Shown: in pieces, positions 16,918 through 26,050 of the stretch
How positions within the stretch are numbered: the stretch's first letter is position 1
Layout of the letters: every line of letters starts with the position of its first letter
Virus record (IMG/VR): IMGVR_UViG_2648501437_000004
From: a virus
Lineage: Duplodnaviria > Heunggongvirae > Uroviricota > Caudoviricetes
DNA length: 35,403 nucleotides
Strand: one strand, 5' to 3'
Notes under the pieces: model-generated
Database searches by the model: none
What the model was told of the DNA's origin: nothing
The model's input: only the letters and a program-made list of their open reading frames with translations
Position numbers and translations under genes: made by a program

Positions 16918-18383
16918 TGGCACGAAACAAACAAGCCCTGCGGCGAACTGCGCAGGCTACAGCTGATGGTTATGAGAATTTTATTGCCCGCGTAGGGATG
17001 CAGACACCTAACCAGCACTCAGCATCCACCTACCGGGCTAATTTCACCAGTCGTAACCGCATGCTGGTGGAATGGTCCTATCGTTCATCCTGGATCATCG
17101 GCGAAGCAGTCGATGCTATCCCGGATGATATGACCCGCAAAGGCATTCGCATCACTTCGGAAATTGATGCAAAAGATCGCGGCATTCTCGAATCACAACT
17201 GGATGAGTTGCAAATCTGGGATGCGCTGAATGACGTGCTGAAATGGTCGCGCCTCTACGGCGGCGCGGTGGGTTTCATCATGATTGAGGGGCAGGCACCA
17301 ATGACCCCGCTGCGACCCGAAACCATCGGTAAGGGCAAGTTTAAGGGGATTCTCCCGCTCGACCGCTGGATGATTGACCCGGTACTGACCCGCCGCATTA
17401 AAGATATGGGGCCGGACCTGGGTAAACCTGAGTTTTACGATGTGGTGACCACAGCAACGGGAATTCCTGCCTGGCGCATTCATCACAGTCGACTGATTCG
17501 CTTTGATGGCGTCACGCTGCCATTTCAGCAGAAGATGACCGAGAACGAATGGGGAATGTCGGTTGTAGAGCGTATCTGGGATCGTCTTACCGCGTTCGAC
17601 AGCGCTACTGTCGGCGCGGCGCAGCTGGTCTACAAAGCGCATTTGCGTACCTACAGCGTGGAGAAGCTACGCGAGCTTATCGCACTTGGTGGTCCTGCGT
17701 ATGAAGCGTTGCTGAAGAATATCGACCTGATTCGACAGTTCCAGAGCAATGAAGGCATGACGCTCATGGACTCGCGGGATAAGTTTGAAACGCATCAGTA
17801 CAGCTTCAGTGGTCTGGATGACATCCTATCACAGTTTGCAGAACAGATTAGTGGCGCTGTTGGTATCCCACTGGTGCGGTTGTTCGGACAGTCCCCGAAA
17901 GGATTTTCTACCGGTGATGCAGACCTTGCCAACTATTACGACCGCATCAGTTCGTTGCAGGAGAGGCGTTTACGTCTTCCGGTGCGTCGGATACTGGACA
18001 TCATGCATCGTTCGGAACTTGGCAAGCCGCTCCCGGATGATTTCACGTTTGAGTTTAACCCGCTCTGGCAAATGTCTGATGTCGATCGCTCAACGGTGGC
18101 GTTAAACACCACCAACGCAATCAGTACAGCGCTGGGTGATGGTCTGATGACACTGAAAGCCGCTATGACCGATTTGCGCGAAAATTCTGACGTAACCGGC
18201 ATCGGGGCATCCATTACCGATGAGGACATCGAGAATGCCGAAGACGAAGCGCCGCCCGGCATCGGCGAACCTGATGACGAACCGCAGGAACCGTCAGGCG
18301 GAAATCCGCTATCGAACCAGCCTACGCAGGATAGCGCGGGCGGTCGGGGACATCGTAAATGGTCGCTACGATGGTTCAAATGA
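16917..18383 (+). CDS. Portal protein
   Basis: 488 aa after the large terminase (ATGA overlap); acidic low-complexity C-terminal tail; followed by a Mu F-like gene. Confidence 0.7.
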   Translation: MARNKQALRRTAQATADGYENFIARVGMQTPNQHSASTYRANFTSRNRMLVEWSYRSSWIIGEAVDAIPDDMTRKGIRITSEIDAKDRGILESQLDELQIWDALNDVLKWSRLYGGAVGFIMIEGQAPMTPLRPETIGKGKFKGILPLDRWMIDPVLTRRIKDMGPDLGKPEFYDVVTTATGIPAWRIHHSRLIRFDGVTLPFQQKMTENEWGMSVVERIWDRLTAFDSATVGAAQLVYKAHLRTYSVEKLRELIALGGPAYEALLKNIDLIRQFQSNEGMTLMDSRDKFETHQYSFSGLDDILSQFAEQISGAVGIPLVRLFGQSPKGFSTGDADLANYYDRISSLQERRLRLPVRRILDIMHRSELGKPLPDDFTFEFNPLWQMSDVDRSTVALNTTNAISTALGDGLMTLKAAMTDLRENSDVTGIGASITDEDIENAEDEAPPGIGEPDDEPQEPSGGNPLSNQPTQDSAGGRGHRKWSLRWFK

Positions 18384-19008
18384 CAGTATCACGGAAATTA
18401 TTGAGGCGCTGGAACGCTACAGTGAAATCATCACCCCCTGGGCGACAAAGGTCGCGGAAAACTTTACTGCCGACATTGTGCGCAAGAATGATGAGCAGTG
18501 GCGTAAACACAGCAAAACCATCAGCCGTGAGCTACGCAATCTGGTAAACAGTGCCCCTCCAGGGCAGGTGATGAAATCCATCGTTGCTGAACAGGTTAAG
18601 TACATCAAATCGCTCCCCCTCGAGGCGGCTGACAGGGTGTACGACATCCAGAATCGGGCGACAGAAGCTGTTGTGACCGGTGGGAGAGCGGAACATTTTG
18701 CTAAAGAAATAGCCGCATCGGGTGATATAGCAAAGTCCAGAGCTGACCTGATTGCCCGTACTGAACTTGGACGTGCAACCGGCGCGCTGGATCAGGCGCG
18801 TGCGCTGTCAATTGGTTCGAATGGTTATATCTGGCGTACAGCCGAAGATGGTGACGTCAGGCATTCTCATCGGGAAATGGAAGGTAAATTTGTCGAATGG
18901 GGCAAACCTCCAACGCTTGATGGCATGACCGGTCACGCTGGAGAGCTCCCGAATTGTCGCTGTTATAAAGAAATCGTTTTTCCCACCTCCCATTCTTATC
19001 CCGCCTGA
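18220..19008 (+). CDS. Head morphogenesis protein (Mu gpF / SPP1 gp7 family); start uncertain
   Basis: C-terminal signature RTELGRATG ... GYIWRT ... DVRHSHREMEG ... PNCRCY. The ORF overlaps the portal 3' end; candidate starts are ATG 18220, 18235, 18274 or GTG ~18478. Confidence 0.65.
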   Translation: MRTSRMPKTKRRPASANLMTNRRNRQAEIRYRTSLRRIARAVGDIVNGRYDGSNDSITEIIEALERYSEIITPWATKVAENFTADIVRKNDEQWRKHSKTISRELRNLVNSAPPGQVMKSIVAEQVKYIKSLPLEAADRVYDIQNRATEAVVTGGRAEHFAKEIAASGDIAKSRADLIARTELGRATGALDQARALSIGSNGYIWRTAEDGDVRHSHREMEGKFVEWGKPPTLDGMTGHAGELPNCRCYKEIVFPTSHSYPA

Positions 19009-19022
19009 ATCGCAGGTAACAC

Positions 19023-20243
19023 ATGAAATATTTTTTCAATACCCGGCTGGGGGAAACCCGCTATCAGCTGGCTGACGGCTCGTTGCTGTGCAAAGACGTG
19101 CCGATAGGACGAACAGGTAAGCAGCTCTATGGTGCTGATGACCTGCCAAAACTGAAACCCGATAAGTTCGGTGAAATAGTCGTCACGCGTTCTCCTGAGC
19201 AGGTATTCCATCCCGCCACGCTTGCCTCATTCGAAGGAATGAGTATCACGGTGTTGCATCCCGAGGATGAAAACGGGGATGTGCGGCTGGTGAATCCAGA
19301 GAACTGGAAAGAGCTCGCGGTCGGGCATCTTCAGAATGTCCGGCGCGGGGCGGGTGTGCAGTCTGATTTGATGCTGGCTGACCTTATCGTCAAAGACGAA
19401 AACGCCATTCAGCTGATCGAAGATGGCCTGCGCGAAGTGTCGTGTGGCTATGACGCGGAATATAAACAGGCTGAGCCGGGTAAGGCTCAGCAGGTCGATA
19501 TTACCGGAAACCATGTGGCTCTTGTCCCTAAAGGCAGAGCCGGAAATCGTTGTGCAATTGGAGACAGAGACACAATGGCAAATCAAAAGAAAAGCTGGTG
19601 GACCCGCATGCGCACGGCCATCAAAACGGGTGACGCTGACACCATGAACGAACTGGTGGAGTCGGCTCCCGCATCGGTTACAGGAGATGAGGGGGATTTG
19701 CCGCAGGGCGTTAATCTCAACATCAACCTGTCCCCGCAGCAACCGCTACCGGACAAAGCACCAGAGATGGGCGGAGGTCCAACCGGCGACAGTGATGATG
19801 ACCTCAAAACATTACTGAAAGCCCTGCTGGCTAAGCTGGAAGGAAATGCGACGGGCGATAACGACAATAAGCCTGACGATAATCCGACCGGTGACGGCGA
19901 GGACGATGAAGAGGAAACCACGATTACTGGTGACTCAGCCTGGCGTGCCGAAGTTATCGTTCCGGGTATCGATCTGAGCCGTAAGATGAAACCGACCGCG
20001 TTCAAACGTGAGGTTCTGGCTTCTGCTGACAAAACGCTGGTTCGCCAGATAGTCGGTGATGCGGATATCCGCAAATTACCGAAACAATCGGTCGACATGG
20101 CGTTTAATGCCGTGTCTGAGATTGCCAAAGGGCGAAACACCCGCGCCACCACCGGCGATGCACAGCGCCCAAACATGGGCATGACCAGTATCGCTTCCCT
20201 GAACAAACAAAACGCTGAATTCTGGGCAAACCGTAAAGGGTAA
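19023..20243 (+). CDS. Putative prohead protease/scaffold protein
   Basis: 406 aa; conserved-looking N-terminal ~190 aa, central acidic low-complexity stretch (GDSDDD ... EDDEEE), helical C-terminal part; head-module position. Confidence 0.45.
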   Translation: MKYFFNTRLGETRYQLADGSLLCKDVPIGRTGKQLYGADDLPKLKPDKFGEIVVTRSPEQVFHPATLASFEGMSITVLHPEDENGDVRLVNPENWKELAVGHLQNVRRGAGVQSDLMLADLIVKDENAIQLIEDGLREVSCGYDAEYKQAEPGKAQQVDITGNHVALVPKGRAGNRCAIGDRDTMANQKKSWWTRMRTAIKTGDADTMNELVESAPASVTGDEGDLPQGVNLNINLSPQQPLPDKAPEMGGGPTGDSDDDLKTLLKALLAKLEGNATGDNDNKPDDNPTGDGEDDEEETTITGDSAWRAEVIVPGIDLSRKMKPTAFKREVLASADKTLVRQIVGDADIRKLPKQSVDMAFNAVSEIAKGRNTRATTGDAQRPNMGMTSIASLNKQNAEFWANRKG

Positions 20244-20246
20244 AAA

Positions 20247-20753
20247 ATGAATAATGTATTTCTGTACCGGATGCCTGTTGGCATTGCCGGGGCTGTCTCT
20301 CGCCCGCAGGACTTAACCGTCGAACCGGTAGTCCTTAAATCCGATAACGCCTTCGCTGCTTATGGGCTGGCTGGTAAATACGATGATGACGGTTTTTTCG
20401 TGCCGCTGGCAGATGGTGATACCGCAGACAAGGTGAAGGGGATCTACGTGCGCCCTTATCCGACCACTTCGCAGCCGGACATGGTTCGCCAGGTGGGGAG
20501 TGGCAAGAACTTCCCGGGCGACGCCATGAAGCGTGGCTACGTGACCGTTAATCTCGGTTCTGATTTTGATGCCAGCACCATCAAAAAAGGCGACCCGGTA
20601 TACGTTGTCGTCTCCACTGATGAATCCATCAAAGTGCCGCTGGGTGGATTCATGTCCACGTCAGTCAGTGGCAAAAACGTGGTGCTGACCAACGCTGAAT
20701 TCACAGGTGCCGGTGATGCTGACGGCAATGCAGAAATTTCCTGGAAGATTTAA
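20247..20753 (+). CDS. Putative head structural protein (decoration/cement-like)
   Basis: 168 aa between scaffold-like and capsid genes. Confidence 0.4.
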   Translation: MNNVFLYRMPVGIAGAVSRPQDLTVEPVVLKSDNAFAAYGLAGKYDDDGFFVPLADGDTADKVKGIYVRPYPTTSQPDMVRQVGSGKNFPGDAMKRGYVTVNLGSDFDASTIKKGDPVYVVVSTDESIKVPLGGFMSTSVSGKNVVLTNAEFTGAGDADGNAEISWKI

Positions 20754-20764
20754 GGAACAGACGA

Positions 20765-21706
20765 ATGATTACTTTTGATCAGGCAACCGTTGACAGCTCT
20801 GGTGCCTTTCTCATCGGGGAGCTGGAGCGACTCGACCAGACGCTGAACCTGCCACTGGTGGGGTACACCTGGACCCGCGATATTCAGTTGCGTGAAGATG
20901 TCTCTATCGCAGATGACATTTCCAGCTGGACGAATACCAGCTTCGCCGCTGCGGGTACTGGTGCAAATCCGAATGGCAAAAACTGGGTAGGCAAAGACTC
21001 AACCGCTATTGCTGGCGTAAACGTGGATATCGGCAAATCCGGTAACCCGCTGAACCTGTGGGGGATGGAGCTTGGCTGGACGGTCATAGAATTGCAGGCT
21101 GCTCAGCAGGTCGGACGCCCGATCGATACGCAGAAGTATGACGGGATGCAACTGAAATGGCAGATGGATAACGATGAACAGGTGTATGTTGGCGATTCCG
21201 CATTAAACCTGAAAGGTCTTGTTACCCTGGACGGTGTTCCTGCCAACAACGCTGCCAAAACGTGGGCAACCTCAACACCGGACGAAATCCGCGCAAGCAT
21301 TAACCAGGTGCTGTCTGATGCGTGGGCCGCTTCCGGTTACTCTGTGGTTCCGCGTGATTTGCTGATCCCGCCTGAGCAGTTTGCTCTGTTGTCCAGCATC
21401 ATCGTTTCATCTGCGGGTAACCAGTCCCTGTTGACGTATCTTCAGACCAACACCATCAGCTATCACCAGAACGGTGTTCCGCTGAATATCCGCGCGGTTA
21501 AATGGCTGAAAGGCCGTGGTGTGGGGAAAAAGGATCGCATGGTTGCGTACACCAACGATAAAAAATACGTCCGCTACCCGCTGGTTCCGCTTCAGAGCGT
21601 GCCGGTGCAGTATCGCGGTCTGTATCAGATCGTCACTTACTACGGCAAGCTGGGTGCGGTTGAGCCAGTGTACAAAGAAACCATTTCGTACGTTGATGGC
21701 ATTTAA
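20765..21706 (+). CDS. Putative major capsid protein
   Basis: 313 aa, the largest head-module protein after scaffold; call is by synteny. Confidence 0.55.
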   Translation: MITFDQATVDSSGAFLIGELERLDQTLNLPLVGYTWTRDIQLREDVSIADDISSWTNTSFAAAGTGANPNGKNWVGKDSTAIAGVNVDIGKSGNPLNLWGMELGWTVIELQAAQQVGRPIDTQKYDGMQLKWQMDNDEQVYVGDSALNLKGLVTLDGVPANNAAKTWATSTPDEIRASINQVLSDAWAASGYSVVPRDLLIPPEQFALLSSIIVSSAGNQSLLTYLQTNTISYHQNGVPLNIRAVKWLKGRGVGKKDRMVAYTNDKKYVRYPLVPLQSVPVQYRGLYQIVTYYGKLGAVEPVYKETISYVDGI

Positions 21707-21746
21707 CAGCCACATGGCCCCTGGCGGGGTCATTAAGGATGACCTG

Positions 21747-21968
21747 ATGGCAAAAAATAATGCAGTAATACACGTACATACCCCGTTTGTGCTCACGCTT
21801 CCCGACGGTTCACGGCGCGAGTTTCTTAAAGGCCGTCATGCTGTGGAGGAAGACGTTGCCACGCACTGGTTCACTCGTGCGCACGCGGAGGTATCCGTTG
21901 GCAAAGCCACAGACGCGCGTAACGAGGTAAAAAATGCCAAAGAATCAAAGTCTGCCAGCGGTAAGTGA
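21747..21968 (+). CDS. Small hypothetical phage protein
   Basis: ATG 21747 preceded by AAGGA; in-frame upstream ATGs at 21696 and 21714 overlap the capsid stop. Confidence 0.4.
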   Translation: MAKNNAVIHVHTPFVLTLPDGSRREFLKGRHAVEEDVATHWFTRAHAEVSVGKATDARNEVKNAKESKSASGK

Positions 21969-22341
21969 TTTTCGCCGCGACTTCCCGCAGTTTGCTGACC
22001 CTGCCAAATATCCCGAAGCGCAAATCCAGTTTCGTCTGAATCTGGCCGATGAACTGCTGAGCGAAAACGTCACCGGAAAAAAGTTGTTTCCGTACTTTGC
22101 CGGGTTGTTCGTGGCTCACTACATGACGCTATGGGCGGCAGATAGTCGGGCAATGCTGGTTGGCGGCCCGGGCGGTTCAACCAATGGTGTTCAATCCTCC
22201 AAGTCCGTTGACAAGGTAAGCGTCAGCTATGACACCAGCGCGACGCTGAATCCTGATGCAGGTTTCTGGAATAACACCCGATATGGCGCTGAATTTTATC
22301 AGTTGATCACGATGTTCGGTGCAGGCGGTCGCCAGCTATGA
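21934..22341 (+). CDS. Putative head-tail connector/completion protein
   Basis: 135 aa, GAGG Shine-Dalgarno; between capsid and sheath. Confidence 0.5.
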   Translation: MPKNQSLPAVSDFRRDFPQFADPAKYPEAQIQFRLNLADELLSENVTGKKLFPYFAGLFVAHYMTLWAADSRAMLVGGPGGSTNGVQSSKSVDKVSVSYDTSATLNPDAGFWNNTRYGAEFYQLITMFGAGGRQL

Positions 22342-22892
22342 GTTTCAAAAGCGGTGTAACAACGAGGGTGGATAACGCTAAGGCCATTCTGGATGCGCTC
22401 AGGTCGTTAACCAAAAAAGATGTGCTGGTCGGCATCCCTTCGGAAGACAGCGGGCGGGATGATGTTCCGTTTGGTAATGCGGGCATCGGTTACCTCAACG
22501 AATACGGCTCACCAGAGCAGAACATCCCGCCACGACCTCACCTGGTCCCCGGCGTTAAATCGGCAGAAGAGCAGACGGTGCCGCAGCTCAAAGCCGCGGC
22601 GCAGGCTGCACTTGATGGTAATGCTGCGGGAGCAGAACGCGCACTCAACCGTGCCGGAACGCTGGCCGCTAATGGCGTCAGGCGTTACATGACCATTACC
22701 GGCTTTACGCCGCTTGCTGACAGCACTGTTGAAGCCCGGGCTCGTCGGGGGCGCAAGGGGGCAACACTGGAACTTGCCCGGCGCGCTGCTGGCGAATCTC
22801 CCGGAACCGATCTGGCGAAACCATTAATTGACACCGGGCAATATCGCAGAGCTATTACCCATGTTGTGAGGGATAAAGATGCCGACTCTTGA
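22338..22892 (+). CDS. Hypothetical phage structural protein
   Basis: 184 aa, ATGA overlap with the upstream gene. Confidence 0.5.
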   Translation: MSFKSGVTTRVDNAKAILDALRSLTKKDVLVGIPSEDSGRDDVPFGNAGIGYLNEYGSPEQNIPPRPHLVPGVKSAEEQTVPQLKAAAQAALDGNAAGAERALNRAGTLAANGVRRYMTITGFTPLADSTVEARARRGRKGATLELARRAAGESPGTDLAKPLIDTGQYRRAITHVVRDKDADS

Positions 22893-23268
22893 TGTAACAG
22901 ATGTGCTTTTTGACCCCGATTTTTGCGACTTCAATTTGTGGGTAACACGCCGTGTGCAAACGGTGGATGAGGACGGGATCGGTAGCGACAGTGAAGTTAA
23001 AAAGCAGTTTGCCGGAGTCGTAACTGTTGATCGCTCTCTGGAAAACCGCCGTATGCAGGCAGGGCAGGTAATCAGCGGTGCAATTCTGATTGTGACGACT
23101 GAGCGACTGACGCAGGGACAGACTGGGCGTGATGCCGATATCGTGACGTATCAGGGCCGTGATTATCGTGTGACCTTCGTCGACCCGTATACAGCTTATG
23201 GGGCCGGATTCGTTCAGGCGCATTGTGAGTTGATGCCGTTTGATGGGGGAACTCCGGTTGAGCAATAA
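22879..23268 (+). CDS. Putative head-tail joining protein
   Basis: 129 aa, overlapping neighbours. Confidence 0.5.
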   Translation: MPTLDVTDVLFDPDFCDFNLWVTRRVQTVDEDGIGSDSEVKKQFAGVVTVDRSLENRRMQAGQVISGAILIVTTERLTQGQTGRDADIVTYQGRDYRVTFVDPYTAYGAGFVQAHCELMPFDGGTPVEQ

Positions 23269-23806
23269 CACCAGTACAGAGCTCGGATGGCTGATACCAA
23301 CCAGTGGCGATCCGGATTATGACGAAGCGCTCGACAGGCTGTTAAGCCAGTGGATGCGTAACGTTTCCGGCCTGTCTGCCGGGATGGTTCTCCCGCGCTG
23401 GCAGAAAGAGCAGCCGCCACTGCTACCGGTTGAAACGAACTGGTGTGCGTTTGGGGTTATCGGATGGTCAGGTGATGACAGTCCGGCATTCACCAGACAG
23501 ACCGATGATGGCTCTCAGCTCTGGCGGCATGAAACGATTGAGTGTATGGCTTCGTTTTATGGACCGGCGGGGATGGTGTATGCGTCCCGGTTTCGTGACG
23601 GTATATCTGTGCCGCAGAACAATGCAGCACTGAATGCGCTGGGGCTGTCTCTTGGCGATTACACAGGTCTGACTCCCTTCCCTGAACTTATTAATCAGCA
23701 ATGGGTCCGCCGCTACGATATGACGGTGCGTCTGCGCCGGAAGGTTGTGCGCGAGTACGGTATTAAATCGCTGGTGGAAGCACCAGTCATCTTTTTCGGA
23801 GATTAA
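23243..23806 (+). CDS. Hypothetical tail-associated protein
   Basis: ATG at 23243 (the track start at 23240 is TTG); precedes the sheath gene. Confidence 0.5.
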   Translation: MGELRLSNNTSTELGWLIPTSGDPDYDEALDRLLSQWMRNVSGLSAGMVLPRWQKEQPPLLPVETNWCAFGVIGWSGDDSPAFTRQTDDGSQLWRHETIECMASFYGPAGMVYASRFRDGISVPQNNAALNALGLSLGDYTGLTPFPELINQQWVRRYDMTVRLRRKVVREYGIKSLVEAPVIFFGD

Positions 23807-23809
23807 GCT

Positions 23810-24955
23810 ATGGCACAGGGCTTGCCTGTATCAAACGTTGTTAATGTTGATGTGATCATGTCGCCGCGTGCAGCATCAGGGCGAAATTTTGGTGCATTAC
23901 TCATTCTCGGCCCGTCCACAATCATTCCGGTAAGTGAGCGCATTCGCCGTTATTCTGCCGCGGAAGATATTGGAAAAGATTTTGGCGTGGAATCACCAGA
24001 ATATAAGGCTGCGCAGGTGTTTTTCTCTCAATCACCGAAACCTCAGGAGGTTTTTGTTGGTCGTTGGGTGAAAACGAAGGGAGACAGCGAACAGGCCACG
24101 CCTGAGACGCTGGAGCAGGCTGTGAATGCCATGCTCGATTATACTTCATGGTATGGGCTGGGGATTGCAGACGATGAAGATATTCCGGATGCAGACTGGC
24201 TGAAAGTGGCTGCGGCGATCGAATCCTCTTCTGTAAGCCGTATTCTGGCGATTACGACAAGCGATGATAAATGCCTGCAGACTGCATCCAGCGATGATTT
24301 GGCATCAAAACTGAAAACCGCCGGATATTCACGCAGTTTTATTCAGTATTCATCGGGTAATAAATACGCTGCGTTATCTGCATTTGGCCGGGCATTCACG
24401 GTTAATTTCAATGGCAGTAATACCGCGATTACGCTCAAGTTTAAGCAGGAGCCGGGTGTCGGGTATGAAACACTGACAGTCAGCCAGGCATCGGCACTTG
24501 ATGCAAAAAACTGCAATGTGTTCGTGTACTACCAGAATGATACAGCTATCCTCCAGCAGGGAGTGATGGCTAACGGCGATTTCTTTGATGAACGCCACGG
24601 CCTGGACTGGTTACAGAATTATGTGCAGACCAACCTCTATAACCTGCTTTATACCAGCACCACGAAAGTTCCCCAGACTGAAGCCGGTATTACCCGACTG
24701 TTATCAAATGTTGAAAAATCACTGGATCAGGCCGTTCAGAATGGACTGATTGCTCCGGGCGTATGGAACGGGGGCGACCTTGGCCAGTTGTCATCAGGTG
24801 ACACGCTGCCCAAAGGTTATTACGTATACGCCCAGCCGCTGGATGAACAGGCACAATCAGAACGTGAAGCCCGTAAGGCTCCGGTGATTCAGGCTGCAAT
24901 AAAACTTGCAGGCGCGGTTCATTACGCTGACGTACAGATTAACGTTGTTCGCTAA
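23810..24955 (+). CDS. Putative tail sheath protein
   Basis: 381 aa followed by a ~146-aa tube-sized protein, a chaperone with frameshift and the tape measure; call is by synteny. Confidence 0.55.
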   Translation: MAQGLPVSNVVNVDVIMSPRAASGRNFGALLILGPSTIIPVSERIRRYSAAEDIGKDFGVESPEYKAAQVFFSQSPKPQEVFVGRWVKTKGDSEQATPETLEQAVNAMLDYTSWYGLGIADDEDIPDADWLKVAAAIESSSVSRILAITTSDDKCLQTASSDDLASKLKTAGYSRSFIQYSSGNKYAALSAFGRAFTVNFNGSNTAITLKFKQEPGVGYETLTVSQASALDAKNCNVFVYYQNDTAILQQGVMANGDFFDERHGLDWLQNYVQTNLYNLLYTSTTKVPQTEAGITRLLSNVEKSLDQAVQNGLIAPGVWNGGDLGQLSSGDTLPKGYYVYAQPLDEQAQSEREARKAPVIQAAIKLAGAVHYADVQINVVR

Positions 24956-24965
24956 GGGGAAGTGA

Positions 24966-25406
24966 ATGTCTACCTATTCTTTTATGGATGTTACTGCGAC
25001 GCTGACCGGGCCGACCGGTTCGATTGACCTCGGGTACGGTTCTGCAAGTTCTGAAGAGGGGATTGTGGTTGCGATGGGCGGTCCTAAAAACACCATGACC
25101 ATCGGTGCTGATGGCGAAGTGATGCACAGTCTCCATGCAGATAAAAGCGGGACGATTACCGTTAACCTTCTGAAGACATCACCGACAAATAAAAAATTGT
25201 CGCTGGCGTATAACGCACAGAGCCAGTCTTCTGCCACATGGGGGAATAACGTTATTGTGATCCGAAACAAGGTCAGCGGCGACATCATCACGGCACGTAG
25301 TGTTGCGTTCCAGAAACAACCGGATAATGCCAACGCTAAAACCGGTAATACGATGCCGTGGGTGTTTGACTGCGGCAAGATTGACCAGGTTCTCGGGGAG
25401 TTTTAA
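24966..25406 (+). CDS. Putative tail tube protein
   Basis: 146 aa between sheath and chaperone; AAGGGGAAG Shine-Dalgarno. Confidence 0.55.
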   Translation: MSTYSFMDVTATLTGPTGSIDLGYGSASSEEGIVVAMGGPKNTMTIGADGEVMHSLHADKSGTITVNLLKTSPTNKKLSLAYNAQSQSSATWGNNVIVIRNKVSGDIITARSVAFQKQPDNANAKTGNTMPWVFDCGKIDQVLGEF

Positions 25407-25409
25407 TAC

Positions 25410-25862
25410 ATGGAATTCGAAATCAAAGGCGTGAAATATCGCGCGGCAAAACTCAGCGTTTTTGATCAGCTGAAAGTGACCCGCAAACTTCTGCCGGTGC
25501 TGGCAGGAATGATGTCAGATTTCGGGAGCATTCGCTCCCGTTTGCCTGCTGATGGCAAAATCGACACCGTGAAATTCGAGCAGTTAAAACCGGTGTTTGA
25601 AACCATGCTCCCGCGTATCGCTGAGGAACTGTCTTCCCTGACCGAAGATGACACCGATGCGATTATTCATCCCTGTCTTGCGGTGGTATCGCGGCGTCAT
25701 ATGGACGGATGGGTTCCGGTATTTACCCAGGGCGAACTGATGTTTGATGATATTGACTTGCTGGTCATGCTGCAGCTGGTGGCGCGGGTGGTCGCCGATT
25801 CGCTGGGAAATTTTTTGCCTACACCCCTTACCAGCACGACGCAGAGCCTGCAACATGGCTGA
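25410..25862 (+). CDS. Tail assembly chaperone (short form)
   Basis: 150 aa immediately upstream of tape measure; contains slippery heptamer T_TTT_TTG at 25811-25817. Confidence 0.65.
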   Translation: MEFEIKGVKYRAAKLSVFDQLKVTRKLLPVLAGMMSDFGSIRSRLPADGKIDTVKFEQLKPVFETMLPRIAEELSSLTEDDTDAIIHPCLAVVSRRHMDGWVPVFTQGELMFDDIDLLVMLQLVARVVADSLGNFLPTPLTSTTQSLQHG

Positions 25863-26050
25863 CGTTTAACAGCCTGCCGGACGGGCTGTCCTACCTTCTC
25901 AATCCGGTTGACGCCGGGTTAATTCCTTATACAGCACTTAAAGATGGCTCTGTCGATTTGTACGATATTGCTCTTTTGAATGACCATCTGGCGGTAAAAG
26001 CGGATAACCAGCGGCGCATTGAGAAATGGAGAGAGGATAATGAACGCTGA
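25410..26050 (+). CDS. Tail assembly chaperone, predicted -1 frameshift-extended form
   Basis: From the slip site at 25811-25817 the -1 frame stays open to TGA 26048-26050, adding about 78 aa and overlapping the tape-measure start. Confidence 0.45.

Noticed and set aside
19227-20284. Minus-strand ORFs of 171 and 233 aa antisense to the scaffold/protease gene
   Set aside because: They overlap a co-oriented, tightly packed late operon and have Ser/Pro/Arg-rich artefact-like translations.
26019-26039. Track start of the tape measure ORF at 26019
   Set aside because: That codon is TTG with no Shine-Dalgarno; ATG at 26040 with GAGAGG upstream is the more plausible start.
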